64,000 bases of DNA from a bacterium (lineage in GTDB: Bacteria > UBA8248): positions 448,001 to 512,000 of the forward strand of contig OZ241326.1 of NCBI GenBank assembly GCA_965199855.1. The letters run 5' to 3'. The notes below the pieces were generated by a model, which was not told where the DNA came from, did no database searches, and saw only the letters and a list, made by a program, of their open reading frames with translations. Position 1 is the stretch's first letter. Every line of letters begins with the position of its first letter. Of the stretch, positions 9,290-20,700 are shown in pieces. The translations under genes and the position numbers were made by a program.

Positions 9290-12200
9290 TCACCCCGCCA
9301 CCTCCTCGTCGGGTCTGCCGGCGGCGAGGGCGCTCATCCAGGCGAGGCACAGGTCGCGCGAGCGGTAGGCGCCGTGGGCCCGCGTCTCCTGCTCCTCGAC
9401 GATGGGGAAGGTGGAATAGACGTAGCGGACGTCCTCTCGGTCGGTCACGCCGTAGAGGCGGAAGAAGACGGCGTCCAGCTTCGCGCGAAGGCGCAGGCGG
9501 CGCTCCTCGTCCCAGGGGAAGGGCGGCTTCGCCTCGCCGGCCTCGTCCGCGTAGCCCATGTCGCGGGCGAAGGGCGCCATGTCGTGGGCGGTGTAGGTGA
9601 GCTCCAGGACGGCGTCCCGGACGATCTCCCCCGCCGTCTTCGGCCCGAAGCGGGCGGCCTCGAAGGCTTCGGGCGGGACGACGGGGAGCTGCTCGACGAT
9701 ATACCAGGTCAAATGCGTCGCCGGCACCTTCTGGCGAGCGACGAAATCGAACGGCGCGGCGTTCAGGTTCGCGACCATCAGGCTCGCCAACGCGGCTCTG
9801 TCTGTCACGGCTTCATCTATCGGGAGGAGCGGGAGCGTATGCCCCGCGCCGCACTTCGGGATGATGGCCGCGATCATGGTTCGCATGTTGGTCGCCGCCG
9901 TAACGTCCTTGAAGGCGACGACCCAGGAATCTTTCCAGTTCCATCTTTGCGAATTTTCCCGCACGTAGTAGCGCGGCTTTGGGAGGCGGTTGAAGTCCCG
10001 CTTGCTCTCGGCCATGAGCGATTCCTGCTGCCCGGTCCGGAAGATGTTGTCGTCCACGACTGTTACGTCGGCGGCGCGGTGATCGAACGCCTGAACCATC
10101 TTGCCCTCGTAGAGCGCGACCCAGTCCGCATCTCCGTTGCGGTAGCGGTTGCCGCCTACGCGCCAGGCGCCCTCCCCGCCGTTCTCCTTGTCCGCTTCCA
10201 GCTCCTCGCGCGCGCGGAACAGGCCGGAATCGTTGGCCATGTGAAACATGGTCGAGTACTTCACCGGCCACGCCTTCGCCTCCTCGCCCGCTGAGCGATC
10301 CACCAGGATCGGCAGGCGCTCGTAAATGGCGGTGGTCAGCTTCATGTCGCGGTAGGTGCGGAAGACGGGCGCGGTGCCCGTGTTGGGATTGACGCGGGCG
10401 AAGTTCTCCGTCCGCAGCATGAAGCGGCGATTGCCGTCGCTGATCTCGGCGAGGTCGTGAAGCCAGACCGCGTATTCGGGCGGCTTCATGACCGGAGACG
10501 GGCCGGCGACGAACGCGCAGAATTTGAACGACGCATGAACGTCGGGGAAGAAGGCTTTTCTGTTCTCGAAATCATAAAACGCCCGCAGCCTGCCTTCCGT
10601 CGCCACGCCCTTGAAGAATTCGGCCGCCGTCATGTCCGAGGCGATGCCCGAGGGCGTGAGCAGACCGGCCACGCCGTCAGGATTGACCAGGGACATGGCG
10701 CGCTCGACGAAGAGCGAATAAAGGTTCACGTCGCCTCCCGATAGCAGGGGGTAGTCGCCGCAGGCTCGCGCCACGCGCGCGGCGCTTGCCGCTCGCTCAC
10801 TCGCCTGGGCGAACTCCCGGGCGAGCGGGTCCTTCGCCTTTTCGAGGTCGGCGATCATCCGCTCGCGATCCGCCTTGTGTCGGGCGCGGGCGATTTCGGG
10901 CCTCCGCGCGGCGAACCATTCCACCTGCTGCAGCTTCATCCTGTCCCAGGGCGGATTGCCGACCACGGCGTCGAAGCCGCCCTCGCGCTCCTCGCCCTCC
11001 CAATCCGACCATACGCCCGGAAACGCCGCCTGCCAGCCGAAGAAGCGCTCTTCTTCCATGAGCTTTCGGGACTTCTCCAGAAGAGCGCGCAGGCGCTTCA
11101 CTCCCCGCCTCGACTTCGGGTCTTCGCCCAAAACGATCCCGACGGGATCGCCGAACGCGCCATGGAAGAAATCCCGAAGCGCGTCCTTGTCCTCCCTTTC
11201 CTTTATGTTCAGCCAGTCGAGGGCGTGGACGAAGGAGAGGAAGGCCGCCAGGGGCTTCGTTCCCTCCTCCACCTCGGCGAAGCGTTCCGCGGACTGGCGC
11301 GCCTCGGTGATTTCGGCGTCCGTGAGCCGCTCGATCTCCCGCATGGGAGCGGCCGCTTCCTTGGCCCGCTCCAGGCGCTCGCGCAGAAAGAGCGCCCCGC
11401 CCCGCTCCTCCGCCCTGTCGATTCCCGCTCTCACCCAAGAGCCGAAGAGGCTGTCCCCGCAGCGCATGTGATGATCCAGAAAGCCCAGCGGCGCGCCCAC
11501 AGTGAAGGTGTGCAGCCAGAGCGAGACCTTGGCGAGCTCCACCGCCATGGGGTTCTTGTCCACTCCATAGACGCAGCGCTTCAGCACCATGCGGCGGACG
11601 ATGCGGCGATCGTCCAGCTGCGCGTCATCGACGCGCCAGCCGCTTTCGGCGGCGTTGGCGCGAATCGTCTTGCGGATTTCCTCGATCCGATCGTTGAGCG
11701 GCGAGGCGTAGCCATCGATGGCGGCTTCCGCCTCGGCCATCGCCTGAATGACCCGGTCGGCGAGATAATCCGAGAGGTTGACGAGAAAATGCCCCGACCC
11801 CATGGCGGGGTCGCAGATTTTCAGCTCCAGGACGCGCTCCGCCGGGTCGAGCGTCTTGAGTTCGGCCATTTGCTCGTCGTCCAGCGGGCGGCGCGCTCCG
11901 AAGCCGGGAATCCGCTCATAAAAGGCGTCCGAGCGCGCCTCGATGAGCGGCCCGACCGTCTCCTGGATGACGAGGCCGACCAGATCGTCCGGCGTGTAGT
12001 AGCTGCCCGATCCCTTCCGGGCGAAGACGTTGGGGCGGATTGCGACGTCATTCCCGACGCGGACGAGCTCCTGCTCGATCAGACGCTCGTAAATCGAGCC
12101 GAGCTGCTGGACGCCGAGGTCCCGGTAGTTGATGTAGCGTCGCCCTTCGGGCGTCTTCTCGAACGAGAGAACGTCGATGACGTTCGCCATGATCTGATCA

Positions 12201-13468
12201 TTGAGCTCAATGCGATCAAGAAGCGGCGTGCGCGCCCTGTCGAAAAGTCCGCCGTTGTAGGGGGGCAGGCCGATGGAGGGGTCGCCCTCATCAATCAGCC
12301 GGCAGAGCTCCCTGAACGATGACCAGTGGCTGGTCGCGCTCGTAGAGAACGAAGCCCTGAAATCCTTGCGTCGTCCGGTCTCGTCTCGCTTGCTCCGCAG
12401 GCTGTAGTCGTCATAGCGGTCGTCCCGGACGGGCAGAAGGTTGCGATCCTCCGCGTAGAGAATGAACAGAAGGCGGTAGAGGACGACGAGGGCGGCCTCG
12501 CGCGCCTCCGCCAGCGGCGCGTCCGGCGCGGCGGCGGCGACGGACGCGGCGAGCTCCGGGAAAACCGGCTTGAATATCTGCTCGAAAATATCGCCGGCGA
12601 CGCGCTCCTCGTAGCGGCGTCCCTCGTCCATGGCGAGCTGATGAAACGAGCGCGCCTCCGATGAAAGCGGCAGGAAGGCTTCGCGCCGGAACATGAGCGC
12701 GAACGCCTTGAGGCAGTGGCGGCGATCGTCTTCGGTGAGGGCGGTCGGCTCCTCGCGGCGGCCGGGGAGGTTCAGGATTCGCGCGAGATCGGCCTCGAAG
12801 AACTGCTCGGAGACCGAGCGCGCCCCGGACCAGTAGAGCCGCCAGCGCGCCCCGTTGGTGAGAATCCCCCAGCGGAGCTTGCCGAGCGTCGTATCGTCCA
12901 GGCGCCTCAGGTAGCGAAGTATCTGCGTGGAGGGGGCGGTCTCCTCCACCGGGCGCCTGTTGATTTTGCTCAGCTCCTCGGAGAAGCCGAGGGACATCTG
13001 GGGGGAGGCCGCGCTCTTCTCGCTTTCCGAGCGGCGATCCAGCGGGCGCTCCCACCGCTTGGATTCCACCAGGGCGAGCCCCAGCCGGTAGCGCGCTGAT
13101 CCTTCGAGAAATTCGTTGGCTTGGGCCTTCTTCTCCTCGTCCTCGAACAGGAGGCCATCGGGCGCGCCCTCTCGGCCGCGGATGGAGAATTTCTGCTGGC
13201 GGAGCCAGGCCGTCCACCCGAGGCGCCCGAGAACGGGCCAGATGAGGTCGTCTTCCGTCTGGCTCTCGTTGGGCGAGAGCTCCCGCGGGAAGCGCTCGAA
13301 GATTCTCCTGAGATCGCGCTCCAGCTCGTGAAGCCAGGAATCATCCAGGGTTTTGTATTCGTCCAGATCGGCGATGCCGGAGGCGAGGAAGTCCCCCGTG
13401 AACAAGGCGCCCTGAAAAACGGCTTCAAGCCTCTCGCGCCGATCTCCCCCGCTCACGCCCCCGCTCAT
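9290..13468 (-). CDS. Fused type IIG/Eco57I-like restriction endonuclease-N6-adenine methyltransferase
   Basis: N-terminal PD..ExK (APDGLLF...VESKRW) and ILTNGARWRLY; YNGGLF, LGSIYE, GSYYTP, DPAMGSGHFL (motif I), VVGNPPW (motif IV); C-terminal TRD-like region; start uncertain (ORF open to 13612). Confidence 0.9.
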   Translation of the reverse strand: MSGGVSGGDRRERLEAVFQGALFTGDFLASGIADLDEYKTLDDSWLHELERDLRRIFERFPRELSPNESQTEDDLIWPVLGRLGWTAWLRQQKFSIRGREGAPDGLLFEDEEKKAQANEFLEGSARYRLGLALVESKRWERPLDRRSESEKSAASPQMSLGFSEELSKINRRPVEETAPSTQILRYLRRLDDTTLGKLRWGILTNGARWRLYWSGARSVSEQFFEADLARILNLPGRREEPTALTEDDRRHCLKAFALMFRREAFLPLSSEARSFHQLAMDEGRRYEERVAGDIFEQIFKPVFPELAASVAAAAPDAPLAEAREAALVVLYRLLFILYAEDRNLLPVRDDRYDDYSLRSKRDETGRRKDFRASFSTSATSHWSSFRELCRLIDEGDPSIGLPPYNGGLFDRARTPLLDRIELNDQIMANVIDVLSFEKTPEGRRYINYRDLGVQQLGSIYERLIEQELVRVGNDVAIRPNVFARKGSGSYYTPDDLVGLVIQETVGPLIEARSDAFYERIPGFGARRPLDDEQMAELKTLDPAERVLELKICDPAMGSGHFLVNLSDYLADRVIQAMAEAEAAIDGYASPLNDRIEEIRKTIRANAAESGWRVDDAQLDDRRIVRRMVLKRCVYGVDKNPMAVELAKVSLWLHTFTVGAPLGFLDHHMRCGDSLFGSWVRAGIDRAEERGGALFLRERLERAKEAAAPMREIERLTDAEITEARQSAERFAEVEEGTKPLAAFLSFVHALDWLNIKEREDKDALRDFFHGAFGDPVGIVLGEDPKSRRGVKRLRALLEKSRKLMEEERFFGWQAAFPGVWSDWEGEEREGGFDAVVGNPPWDRMKLQQVEWFAARRPEIARARHKADRERMIADLEKAKDPLAREFAQASERAASAARVARACGDYPLLSGGDVNLYSLFVERAMSLVNPDGVAGLLTPSGIASDMTAAEFFKGVATEGRLRAFYDFENRKAFFPDVHASFKFCAFVAGPSPVMKPPEYAVWLHDLAEISDGNRRFMLRTENFARVNPNTGTAPVFRTYRDMKLTTAIYERLPILVDRSAGEEAKAWPVKYSTMFHMANDSGLFRAREELEADKENGGEGAWRVGGNRYRNGDADWVALYEGKMVQAFDHRAADVTVVDDNIFRTGQQESLMAESKRDFNRLPKPRYYVRENSQRWNWKDSWVVAFKDVTAATNMRTMIAAIIPKCGAGHTLPLLPIDEAVTDRAALASLMVANLNAAPFDFVARQKVPATHLTWYIVEQLPVVPPEAFEAARFGPKTAGEIVRDAVLELTYTAHDMAPFARDMGYADEAGEAKPPFPWDEERRLRLRAKLDAVFFRLYGVTDREDVRYVYSTFPIVEEQETRAHGAYRSRDLCLAWMSALAAGRPDEEVAG

Positions 13469-13693
13469 GTCGCCCGGCTCCTCCGCCCCGTCCGAAAAAC
13501 TCTCTTTCTCCACGCCCAGCATACCCCGGAAACGCTTCTGGAAACCGTCGTTTTTGCGCTTGCGCCCGGGCTTTTTACGCGATTTCTTCAAAGAAGGCGC
13601 ATTTGCCCGCACTTGCGGGCCGCTCGGCGTCCCCGCCTCCTCGTATGCTTCACAGGCTCCGCGGGCGGGGCGGGCGCGAGCCAGGCGATTCCG

Positions 13694-13825
13694 ATTCCTG
13701 CGAATTCACGGCCTTTTCCGACAAATTCACGGCTTTATCCCGCAAATTGACGGCCGATTCCTGCAAATTTCCGAACGAAAGACGCAGGGGTTTTGTCCGT
13801 CAACTTATTGAAAACTATATGTTTG
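13694..13825 (+). repeat. Four 21-bp tandem repeats plus IHF-like site (element copy 1)
   Basis: attcctgcgaattcacggcct / tttccgacaaattcacggctt / tatcccgcaaattgacggccg / attcctgcaaatttccgaacg, then gtcaacttattgaaaa. Confidence 0.75.
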
Positions 13826-13879
13826 CGGCGAAAGCGGCGTCTCCCGGGGGGCGGATCGAGGCGTTTTCGCCGCGCCCCC

Positions 13880-14352
13880 GGCTTCGCGCTCTCCCGCCAT
13901 CTCCCGGAGTTCCTTCCTGGTGAAGTAGGGCGGAAGGAAGGAAGGAAGCGCTCTCGCCGGCGACCAGGTGGCCGATACACAGCGTCCCGCCCAGGAGAGA
14001 CGCCGGGAGGAGGGCGACCGCGATGAAGCGCCGCGCGTCCTTGGAAGGCGCCTGACCGTAGTTCCTGTCGTATCTGCGCCAGGCGGGGTCTTCCTCGTTC
14101 AGGTCGCCCCGGCCGTCCAGCGCAAGGACGCGGCGGGCGCAGCGCCCACCAGGGCGTCTGATCGTGGAGCATGTAGGCCGTGAACAGGCGGTTGATGAGA
14201 GCTTCGGGCATCTCCCGCCCGCGCCATTCGTCGTAGGCGAGCTGGAGAAACTGGAGCTCCCCCACCTGGAGGAGGTTCACCGCCCTGGCGACTTCCGCGC
14301 GCCGGGCGTTCTCCTCCCGGTCGGGGCGGATGAATGCTTGAAGGAGGGTCAT
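13880..14352 (-). pseudogene. Frameshifted small membrane protein gene
   Basis: Protein-like reading MTLLQAF...HDQTPWWA shifts near 14140 to ARRVLALDGRGDLNEEDPAWRRYD...TM...ESASFL, then shifts again at a TTCC run near 13932-13949 to PPYFTRKEL; 3' end approximate. Confidence 0.6.
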
Positions 14353-14448
14353 GGCGTCCCCGGCGGCGTTCGCGTCAAGGCCCGAAGAATGCGCCCCACC
14401 CTATGGGTTTTCGCCGCCCCGCGTCAATTTCGCTCGGGCGGGATGGGG

Positions 14449-16080
14449 CTATTCCGCTCCGGCGGAAAGGGGGCGCTGCCTGACGGCCGCTTCGGCCTCA
14501 TCGGGAAAGAGTGCCGCGCGGGTCTGCTCGAAGAGATGCTTTCCCACGGCCAGCTGCATGGTGGCCGGCATGGCCTTTTTCGCCAGCCGAATCATCTGCG
14601 TCGCCTTGTCCCGGATGTCCCACTGGGCGTGGGGGTCTTCCCTGAGCCTCGATACGTGGTAGAGCTCGCGGGCGTTCGAGGCGAACAGCGCGCGCCGCTT
14701 GTGCGCGTTCGTGAGGACGTAGGGCGCGGCCGCCGGCGTCTGCGCGGCGATTTTCTCATACGCGGCGTTGGTTTCCTCTACGGCGGCCTCGAATTCGGGC
14801 GCCGCGCCCGCCTCGGCGATCGCCTGCGGCATGGCGACGCCCAGGGAGACGTCGTAGGGCTGGGCGTTCAGGGTGGACATGCGGTGACGCTTCAGCTGGC
14901 CGAAGCAGGCGGCGGAGAGCGTCACCTCGAACACGCAGCGCACGTTCTCGAATTCGCGCAGGACGGCGTCGTGCCCGCGCATGAGCCGGAAGGTGGAGGC
15001 GATGAAGCGCGCGCGCTCCTCCTCGTTCATGCCGCGGGCCGCGGCCTGGCATCGGGACATCGCCTCGCCGGAGGAGGAGTGCAGAAGCGCCGCGGCGACG
15101 AGGGCGTCCGCGTCCGGCGTGGCGTCCACGAGGGAAACGTCTTTTTCGGCGAAAAGGGGCGGCGCGGGCTTCGCGTCCTCGCCGGTTTCGCCGAATACCC
15201 CGGCCGCCGTCTCCTTGAGCCGCGCCCGGGTGTGAATGTTGTATTCGGTGGGGTCGGTGTATTTCACCAGAGAGGGCGCGACGCCCTCGACCGATTCATG
15301 CAGGCGGCGGCCGTATTCCCGGATTTCCGCGAGGGGGTGGGAGGCGCAGCGGCTGATGACGTGCTCGAGGCTCCTCGCGCTGAGCGTCATGCCGATCTGC
15401 GATTCCGTGGCGAAGGAGACGATGTAGCGCGCGTCCTCCTTGGCCCAGCCCTCCAGGGTCTTGTGGTTCTTTCTTCCGGCGGCGAGCTCGGGGTTCTGCT
15501 CGAAAACCCAGGGCCTCAGCTTTTCATAAAGCGCGTGATAGCAGGCGTTCTGCGCCTTTATAGTCCGGATGAAAAGCCCCTTGAGTCCCGCCTTTTCGAT
15601 TTCCTCGGGGATGACGAAGTCGTCCTCGAGCAGGATGTAGCGCTGGCTTTTCTCGGTGTAGGCCAGAAGCCTGAACTTCTGGATTTCCTCGACCGCGTAG
15701 CGGCTCACGCCGATGACGTCGATGTTGAAGCTCGCGTGCTCGGCCACGGAGCTGTGCCCGTAGCCGAAGATGATGGTCTGGTTGCTCTTGCGCGCTTTTT
15801 CCACCTCGAGGCGCGCGATGGCGCGAAGCTCGTCGATGGGCCGGGGGTCCCGGCTGATGTGCGCGTAGGAGGCGCTGATGGGCTCGGGCGTCAGGTTGTC
15901 GCGCTCGATGAAGTCGGCGGCCCTTCGCTGGAGCTCCGCCGCCTGCGCGCGCAGCTCGGCCTCGCTCATGGCGTCAAGGCGGCACTCCTCCCAGCCGTGG
16001 GCGGCGGGCTCGAGAATCTCTTTTTTCATTTGGCGAAGCAGGTCCGCGTCGACGTTGTGGCCGGCAAGAACGATGCGCAT
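14449..16080 (-). CDS. thyX: FAD-dependent thymidylate synthase, tandem two-domain form
   Basis: GYGHSSVAEH, TEKSQRY, EDARY in the first half; QLKRHR and NARELYH..RLR...AQWDIR in the second half. Confidence 0.85.
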   Translation of the reverse strand: MRIVLAGHNVDADLLRQMKKEILEPAAHGWEECRLDAMSEAELRAQAAELQRRAADFIERDNLTPEPISASYAHISRDPRPIDELRAIARLEVEKARKSNQTIIFGYGHSSVAEHASFNIDVIGVSRYAVEEIQKFRLLAYTEKSQRYILLEDDFVIPEEIEKAGLKGLFIRTIKAQNACYHALYEKLRPWVFEQNPELAAGRKNHKTLEGWAKEDARYIVSFATESQIGMTLSARSLEHVISRCASHPLAEIREYGRRLHESVEGVAPSLVKYTDPTEYNIHTRARLKETAAGVFGETGEDAKPAPPLFAEKDVSLVDATPDADALVAAALLHSSSGEAMSRCQAAARGMNEEERARFIASTFRLMRGHDAVLREFENVRCVFEVTLSAACFGQLKRHRMSTLNAQPYDVSLGVAMPQAIAEAGAAPEFEAAVEETNAAYEKIAAQTPAAAPYVLTNAHKRRALFASNARELYHVSRLREDPHAQWDIRDKATQMIRLAKKAMPATMQLAVGKHLFEQTRAALFPDEAEAAVRQRPLSAGAE

Positions 16081-16359
16081 TCGAGAGAGCCGCTTCCGGT
16101 TCGGCGGGCGTCCGTGTTCGCTTCATCGGGTGAAGGCGTCATTATGAACCCTGAGCCGCCGGAGGACAAGCGGAAAGTCGGGGAATTGCGCCTCTTGCGC
16201 CGCGTATTTTCAGGAGCGCGCGAATTCGGAGGGGATGGAGCGGCCCTCGTTCGCTTGCCGGTTGCGATTTTTTAGGGATTTTGGGATGTTGCGCGGGAGC
16301 GTAGCCGCCGAGGGCTTGGCCGCGCCCCGCGCGCGCCCCTCACGGAAAAGAGGAGATAC

Positions 16360-17682
16360 GTGAACCGTCTCGTCGCCCGAGCCATCTCCCTCCTCCTTGT
16401 CCTCGCCTCCGTCGGCCTGGGTTTCGCCGCCTCCGAGGCCGGGCGTCCCCGAAGGCGCCCGCCGCCGCTGGTCTCCCTCGGGAAAGTGATCGAGCGTCAG
16501 GTGAGAAGCCGCCTCACCGTCGTGGGCAGCGTGGCGCCCTACCGCCGCTCCATCGTGAGCAGCGAGCGCGAGGGACGGGTGCAGGCGGCCCCGCTCAAGG
16601 TGGGGGACTTCGTCCGCGCGAACAAAACCGTGCTCGCCACGATTCAGCGGTCGGGCCTGGAGATCGAACTGCGCGTCCTGCGGGCCGAGCTGGAGAAGGC
16701 GCGCCAGGATCTGCTGCGCCTCGAACGCGGCAGTCGGCCCGAGGAAATAGCGGTGCTCCGGGCGAAGGCGAAGGAGCGCGAAGCGCGGATGCGAAACGAC
16801 GAGCTCGAGCTGAACCGCGCCCGCGATTTGTATGAGAGAAAGGTGCTGGACCGCGCCAGCCACGACCGCGCCGAGGCCCGCTTCGAGGCGAGCCGGCAGT
16901 TGCACGAGGAGGCCGCCAGCAATCTGAAGATCGCCAGGCTCGGCCCCAGGGAAGAGGAGAAGGCCCGCGCGCGGGCGGAGGTGAGCCGGGCGCAGGCGCG
17001 GATCGCCCGGGCGCGCGACGATTTGGCCAAGACGGAGATTCGCTCGCCGCTCACGGGCTTCGTCACCCGGAAGTGGGCGGAAGTCGGGCAGTGGCTGGCC
17101 AAGGGCGGCCGGGTGGCCGAGGTCATCGAGCTCGACAGGGTGCTGGTGCAGGCCCCGATTGCGGAGCGGAGCGTCTCCCTGGTGCGCGTCGGGGACGAGG
17201 CGCGCGTCGTCATCGACGCCCTGGGGGGACGGACGTTCAAGGGGCGGGTGCGCGGCGTCATTCCCAAAGCCGACCCCAAGAGCCGCGCGTTTCCCGTGGA
17301 AGTGGAGATACGAAACACCGATTCCTACGATCTCAAGGCGGGAATGTTCGCTCGCCTGAGCCTGGAATACGGAGAAGCGTCCAGGACGCTCCTGGTGCCC
17401 AAGGACGCCCTGATTCTCAGAGCGCGCGGAGCCTCCGTCTTCGTGTTCGAGAAGGGGCGCGTGCGCGAGGTCGCGTTTCAGCAGGGCCGGAGCGTGGACT
17501 CTTTCGTGGAGGCGCCCAGCGGCGCGCTCCAGGCCGGAATGCGCGTGGTGGTGAAGGGAAACGAGAACCTCAGGGCGGGCGTCCCCGTTCGGGTTCAGGG
17601 CGCCCGGCGAGTGCGCGGCGGCCCCCGTGGGCGGAAAAAGCCCTCCGCCGGCTCGGCGCCGGGACGCAAGGCCGGCGGATGA
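16360..17682 (+). CDS. RND efflux periplasmic adaptor (membrane fusion protein)
   Basis: Signal anchor, long coiled-coil hairpin, IRSPLTG, LKAGMFA, LLVPKDAL. Confidence 0.9.
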   Translation: MNRLVARAISLLLVLASVGLGFAASEAGRPRRRPPPLVSLGKVIERQVRSRLTVVGSVAPYRRSIVSSEREGRVQAAPLKVGDFVRANKTVLATIQRSGLEIELRVLRAELEKARQDLLRLERGSRPEEIAVLRAKAKEREARMRNDELELNRARDLYERKVLDRASHDRAEARFEASRQLHEEAASNLKIARLGPREEEKARARAEVSRAQARIARARDDLAKTEIRSPLTGFVTRKWAEVGQWLAKGGRVAEVIELDRVLVQAPIAERSVSLVRVGDEARVVIDALGGRTFKGRVRGVIPKADPKSRAFPVEVEIRNTDSYDLKAGMFARLSLEYGEASRTLLVPKDALILRARGASVFVFEKGRVREVAFQQGRSVDSFVEAPSGALQAGMRVVVKGNENLRAGVPVRVQGARRVRGGPRGRKKPSAGSAPGRKAGG

Positions 17683-17755
17683 AGCGGCGCGGAGAAGGCC
17701 GGCTCGACCTCGCGCCTGAGCGTCCGGGAAGGGAGCCGCCGGGCAAGGAGAAGCG

Positions 17756-20700
17756 ATGAATCTGCCTCGCGCGTGCGTCAAATACCCCGTCACCACCACG
17801 GTGGGCGTCATTCTGGCGGCGCTCTTCGGCGTCATCGGCCTCTACCGGATTCCGGTGCAGATGACGCCCACGGTGGATCGGCCCGTCATCACGGTGGAGA
17901 CCGGATACGAGGGCGCGGCGCCTCTGGAGGTGGAGGAGGAGGTGACGAAGCCCATCGAGGAGAAGCTCACCTCGGTGGAGGGACTCTCGCGGATGATCTC
18001 CCGTAGCCAGGAGGGGAGGTCGCGCGTCGTCCTGGAGTTCGACTGGGGAACGAACAAGGACGTGGCCCGCCTCGACGTCTCGGAAAAGCTCGGGCTGGTC
18101 CGCAGCCTGCCGGATGACTCGGACAGATCCACCATCAGCGCTCTGAACTCGGATTCGGAAAATCCCATCGCATGGGTCGTCGTCGAGACGAAGCGCCCCA
18201 TCAACGAGGTGCGGGTGGAGGGAGACGACGTGATACGCCCCAAGCTCGAGCGCGTGCCGGGCGTGGGCCGGGTCTGGATGTTCGGCGGCCAGGATCGGGA
18301 GGTTCGCGTCACGCTCGACTACGCGGCCATGAGCGCGCGCGGAATCACGGTCGCCATGCTGAGGGAGGCCCTGCGGCGCGAAAACAAGAACACCAAGGCG
18401 GGGCGAATCGACGAGGGCAAGCGCCGCTACGCCGTGCGCACGGTGGGCAATTTCACGCGGCTCGATCAGCTGCGGAACACCATCGTCGCGCAGAACGCGG
18501 GCGGCGCGGTCTATCTGCGCGACGTCGCCAAAGTCGCCTTCGACTACGGGGACGCCGAGCGGCGGATTCGCATCAAGCGGGTGCCCACCATGGGCTTCGG
18601 GGTTTTGAGAAAGACCGGCGCCAACACCATCGAGGTGATGGCGGGGGTGAAGAAGGCCATCGCCGAGATCAACGACATCTACGAGGGGCGCGGCATCAGG
18701 CTCCGGCAGGTCTATGACGAGACCGACTACATCAACCAGTCCCGCTCCCTGGTGGTGAACAACATCTTTCTGGGCGGCGCGCTGGCGATAGGCGTTCTGC
18801 TTCTTTTCCTGGGAAGCCTTTCGAGCGTGCTGGTCATCGGCGTCGCCATACCGGTCACCGTGATCTCCACCTTCATCGTCATCTTCGCGCTGGATCGCTC
18901 CATCAACATCATTTCCCTGGCGGGCATGGCGTTCGCCGTCGGCATGGTGGTGGACAACTCCGTCGTGGTGCTGGAGAACATCTATCGCCATCGGGAGCTG
19001 GGAAAGAGCAGGCGGGACGCCGCCGTGGACGGGGCGCAGGAGGTCTGGGGGGCGGTTCTGGCCTCGACGCTGACCACGCTCGCCGTCTTCATCCCCGTCG
19101 TGTTCGTGCAGGATGAGTCGGGTCAGCTGTTCCGCGACATCGCCATCGCCGTCAGCGCGGCGGTGGCCCTCTCGCTCGTGGTGTCGATTTCCGTGGTGCC
19201 GATGCTGAGTTCGCGCATTCTGCGCGACGCGCGCAAGGCCTCCCCGCTCGCCCGCTTTTTTCAGATTCTGGGAATTTACCTGCTGGGCAGGCTTTGCCGG
19301 CGAATCTACGCGGCCGTCCTGGGCTGGCTGCTGCGCGGGGCGCTCAGGCGCGTCCTCGCGGCCGCGGCCATCACGGCGGGCGCCGTCCTCCTGGCGGTTC
19401 AGTTCTTCCCGCCCATCGACTATCTGCCCAAGGGCAACCGCAACCTCATGTTCGTGTTTCTGCGGACGCCGCCGGGCCTGAATCTCGACGAGGTGGACAG
19501 GATCGTCAAGGGGCTGGAGGCGAAGTTCGCGCGCGTCGAGGAGCTGGATCGGTTCTTCGCCGTGGCGCGCGCGCAAAACCCCATCATCGGCCTCATCGCC
19601 AAAAAGGAGCATTCCGACCTCCCCTCGATGCGGCGTCTGGTGGGCCGGCTGTTCGGGGCGGTGCAGGGCGTCCCCGGGGTGCGCGCGTTCGTCACCCAGG
19701 CGTCCCTGTTCCGGCGGCGGGGCTCGGGCTTCATCGGCGGAATCAACCTCCAGGTGGACATCACCGGAAGCAGCCTGAGCGAGATTCAGCGCGTCGCCGC
19801 CGACGTGGGCGCCAGGGCGCGCGGGCTCGAGGGCGTGCGCTTCGTGAATTCGAGCTTCGACCTGGGAAACCCCGAGCTTCAGGTGCGCGTGGATCGCCAG
19901 AAGGCGGCGGAGTTCGGCCTCTCGGTCTCCGAGATCGGCGGCGTCGTGGAGACGCTCGTGAACGGAACGAAGGCCGGCCTCTTCCGGGACCGCGGAAAGG
20001 AGCTCGACATCGTCCTGCGGGGGCCGCTTTCCGACTTCACCCGGACGCAGGGGATCTCCGAGATCAAGGTGCACACGCCCGAGGGGCGGGTCGCCGCGCT
20101 CGGCGACATGGCCGAGGTGCGCGCGGCGCTGGGGCCGACGAAGGTCGAGCACATCGACCGCGACCGCTCCGTGTCCCTGACGGTCAACATCGGAGAGAAG
20201 CTGCCGCTTCAGGTGGCCGTCGAAAAAATGAAGAAGGAGGTCATCGACCCGATGCGAAAGACGCTTCCGCTCGGCTATTCGGTGGACGTGAGCGGGCGGG
20301 CGAGGGACCTGGAGAGAACCTGGGGTTCGCTCAAGTGGTCGCTTCTGCTCGCGCTTTTGATCACCTATCTGCTGATGGCGGCTCTGTTCGAGGCGTGGAG
20401 CTACCCGCTCATCATCATGTTCAGCGTGCCCTTCGCCGCCACGGGCGGCGTGCTGATGGTGAGCTTCATGAACTCGGTGGAGCCCTCGGTGAAGATGGAC
20501 ACGCTCACCATGCTGGGCTTCATCATCCTGACGGGCATCGTGGTGAACAACGCGATTCTGCTCGTCCACCAGACGCTCAACCATTTCCGTTCGGGCCTGC
20601 CCATGCGCGAGGCCATCCTCGAGAGCGCGCGCGACAGGATGCGCCCCATCTTCATGACCACCATGACGACCGTGCTCGGGATGTTGCCCTTGGTGATCTC

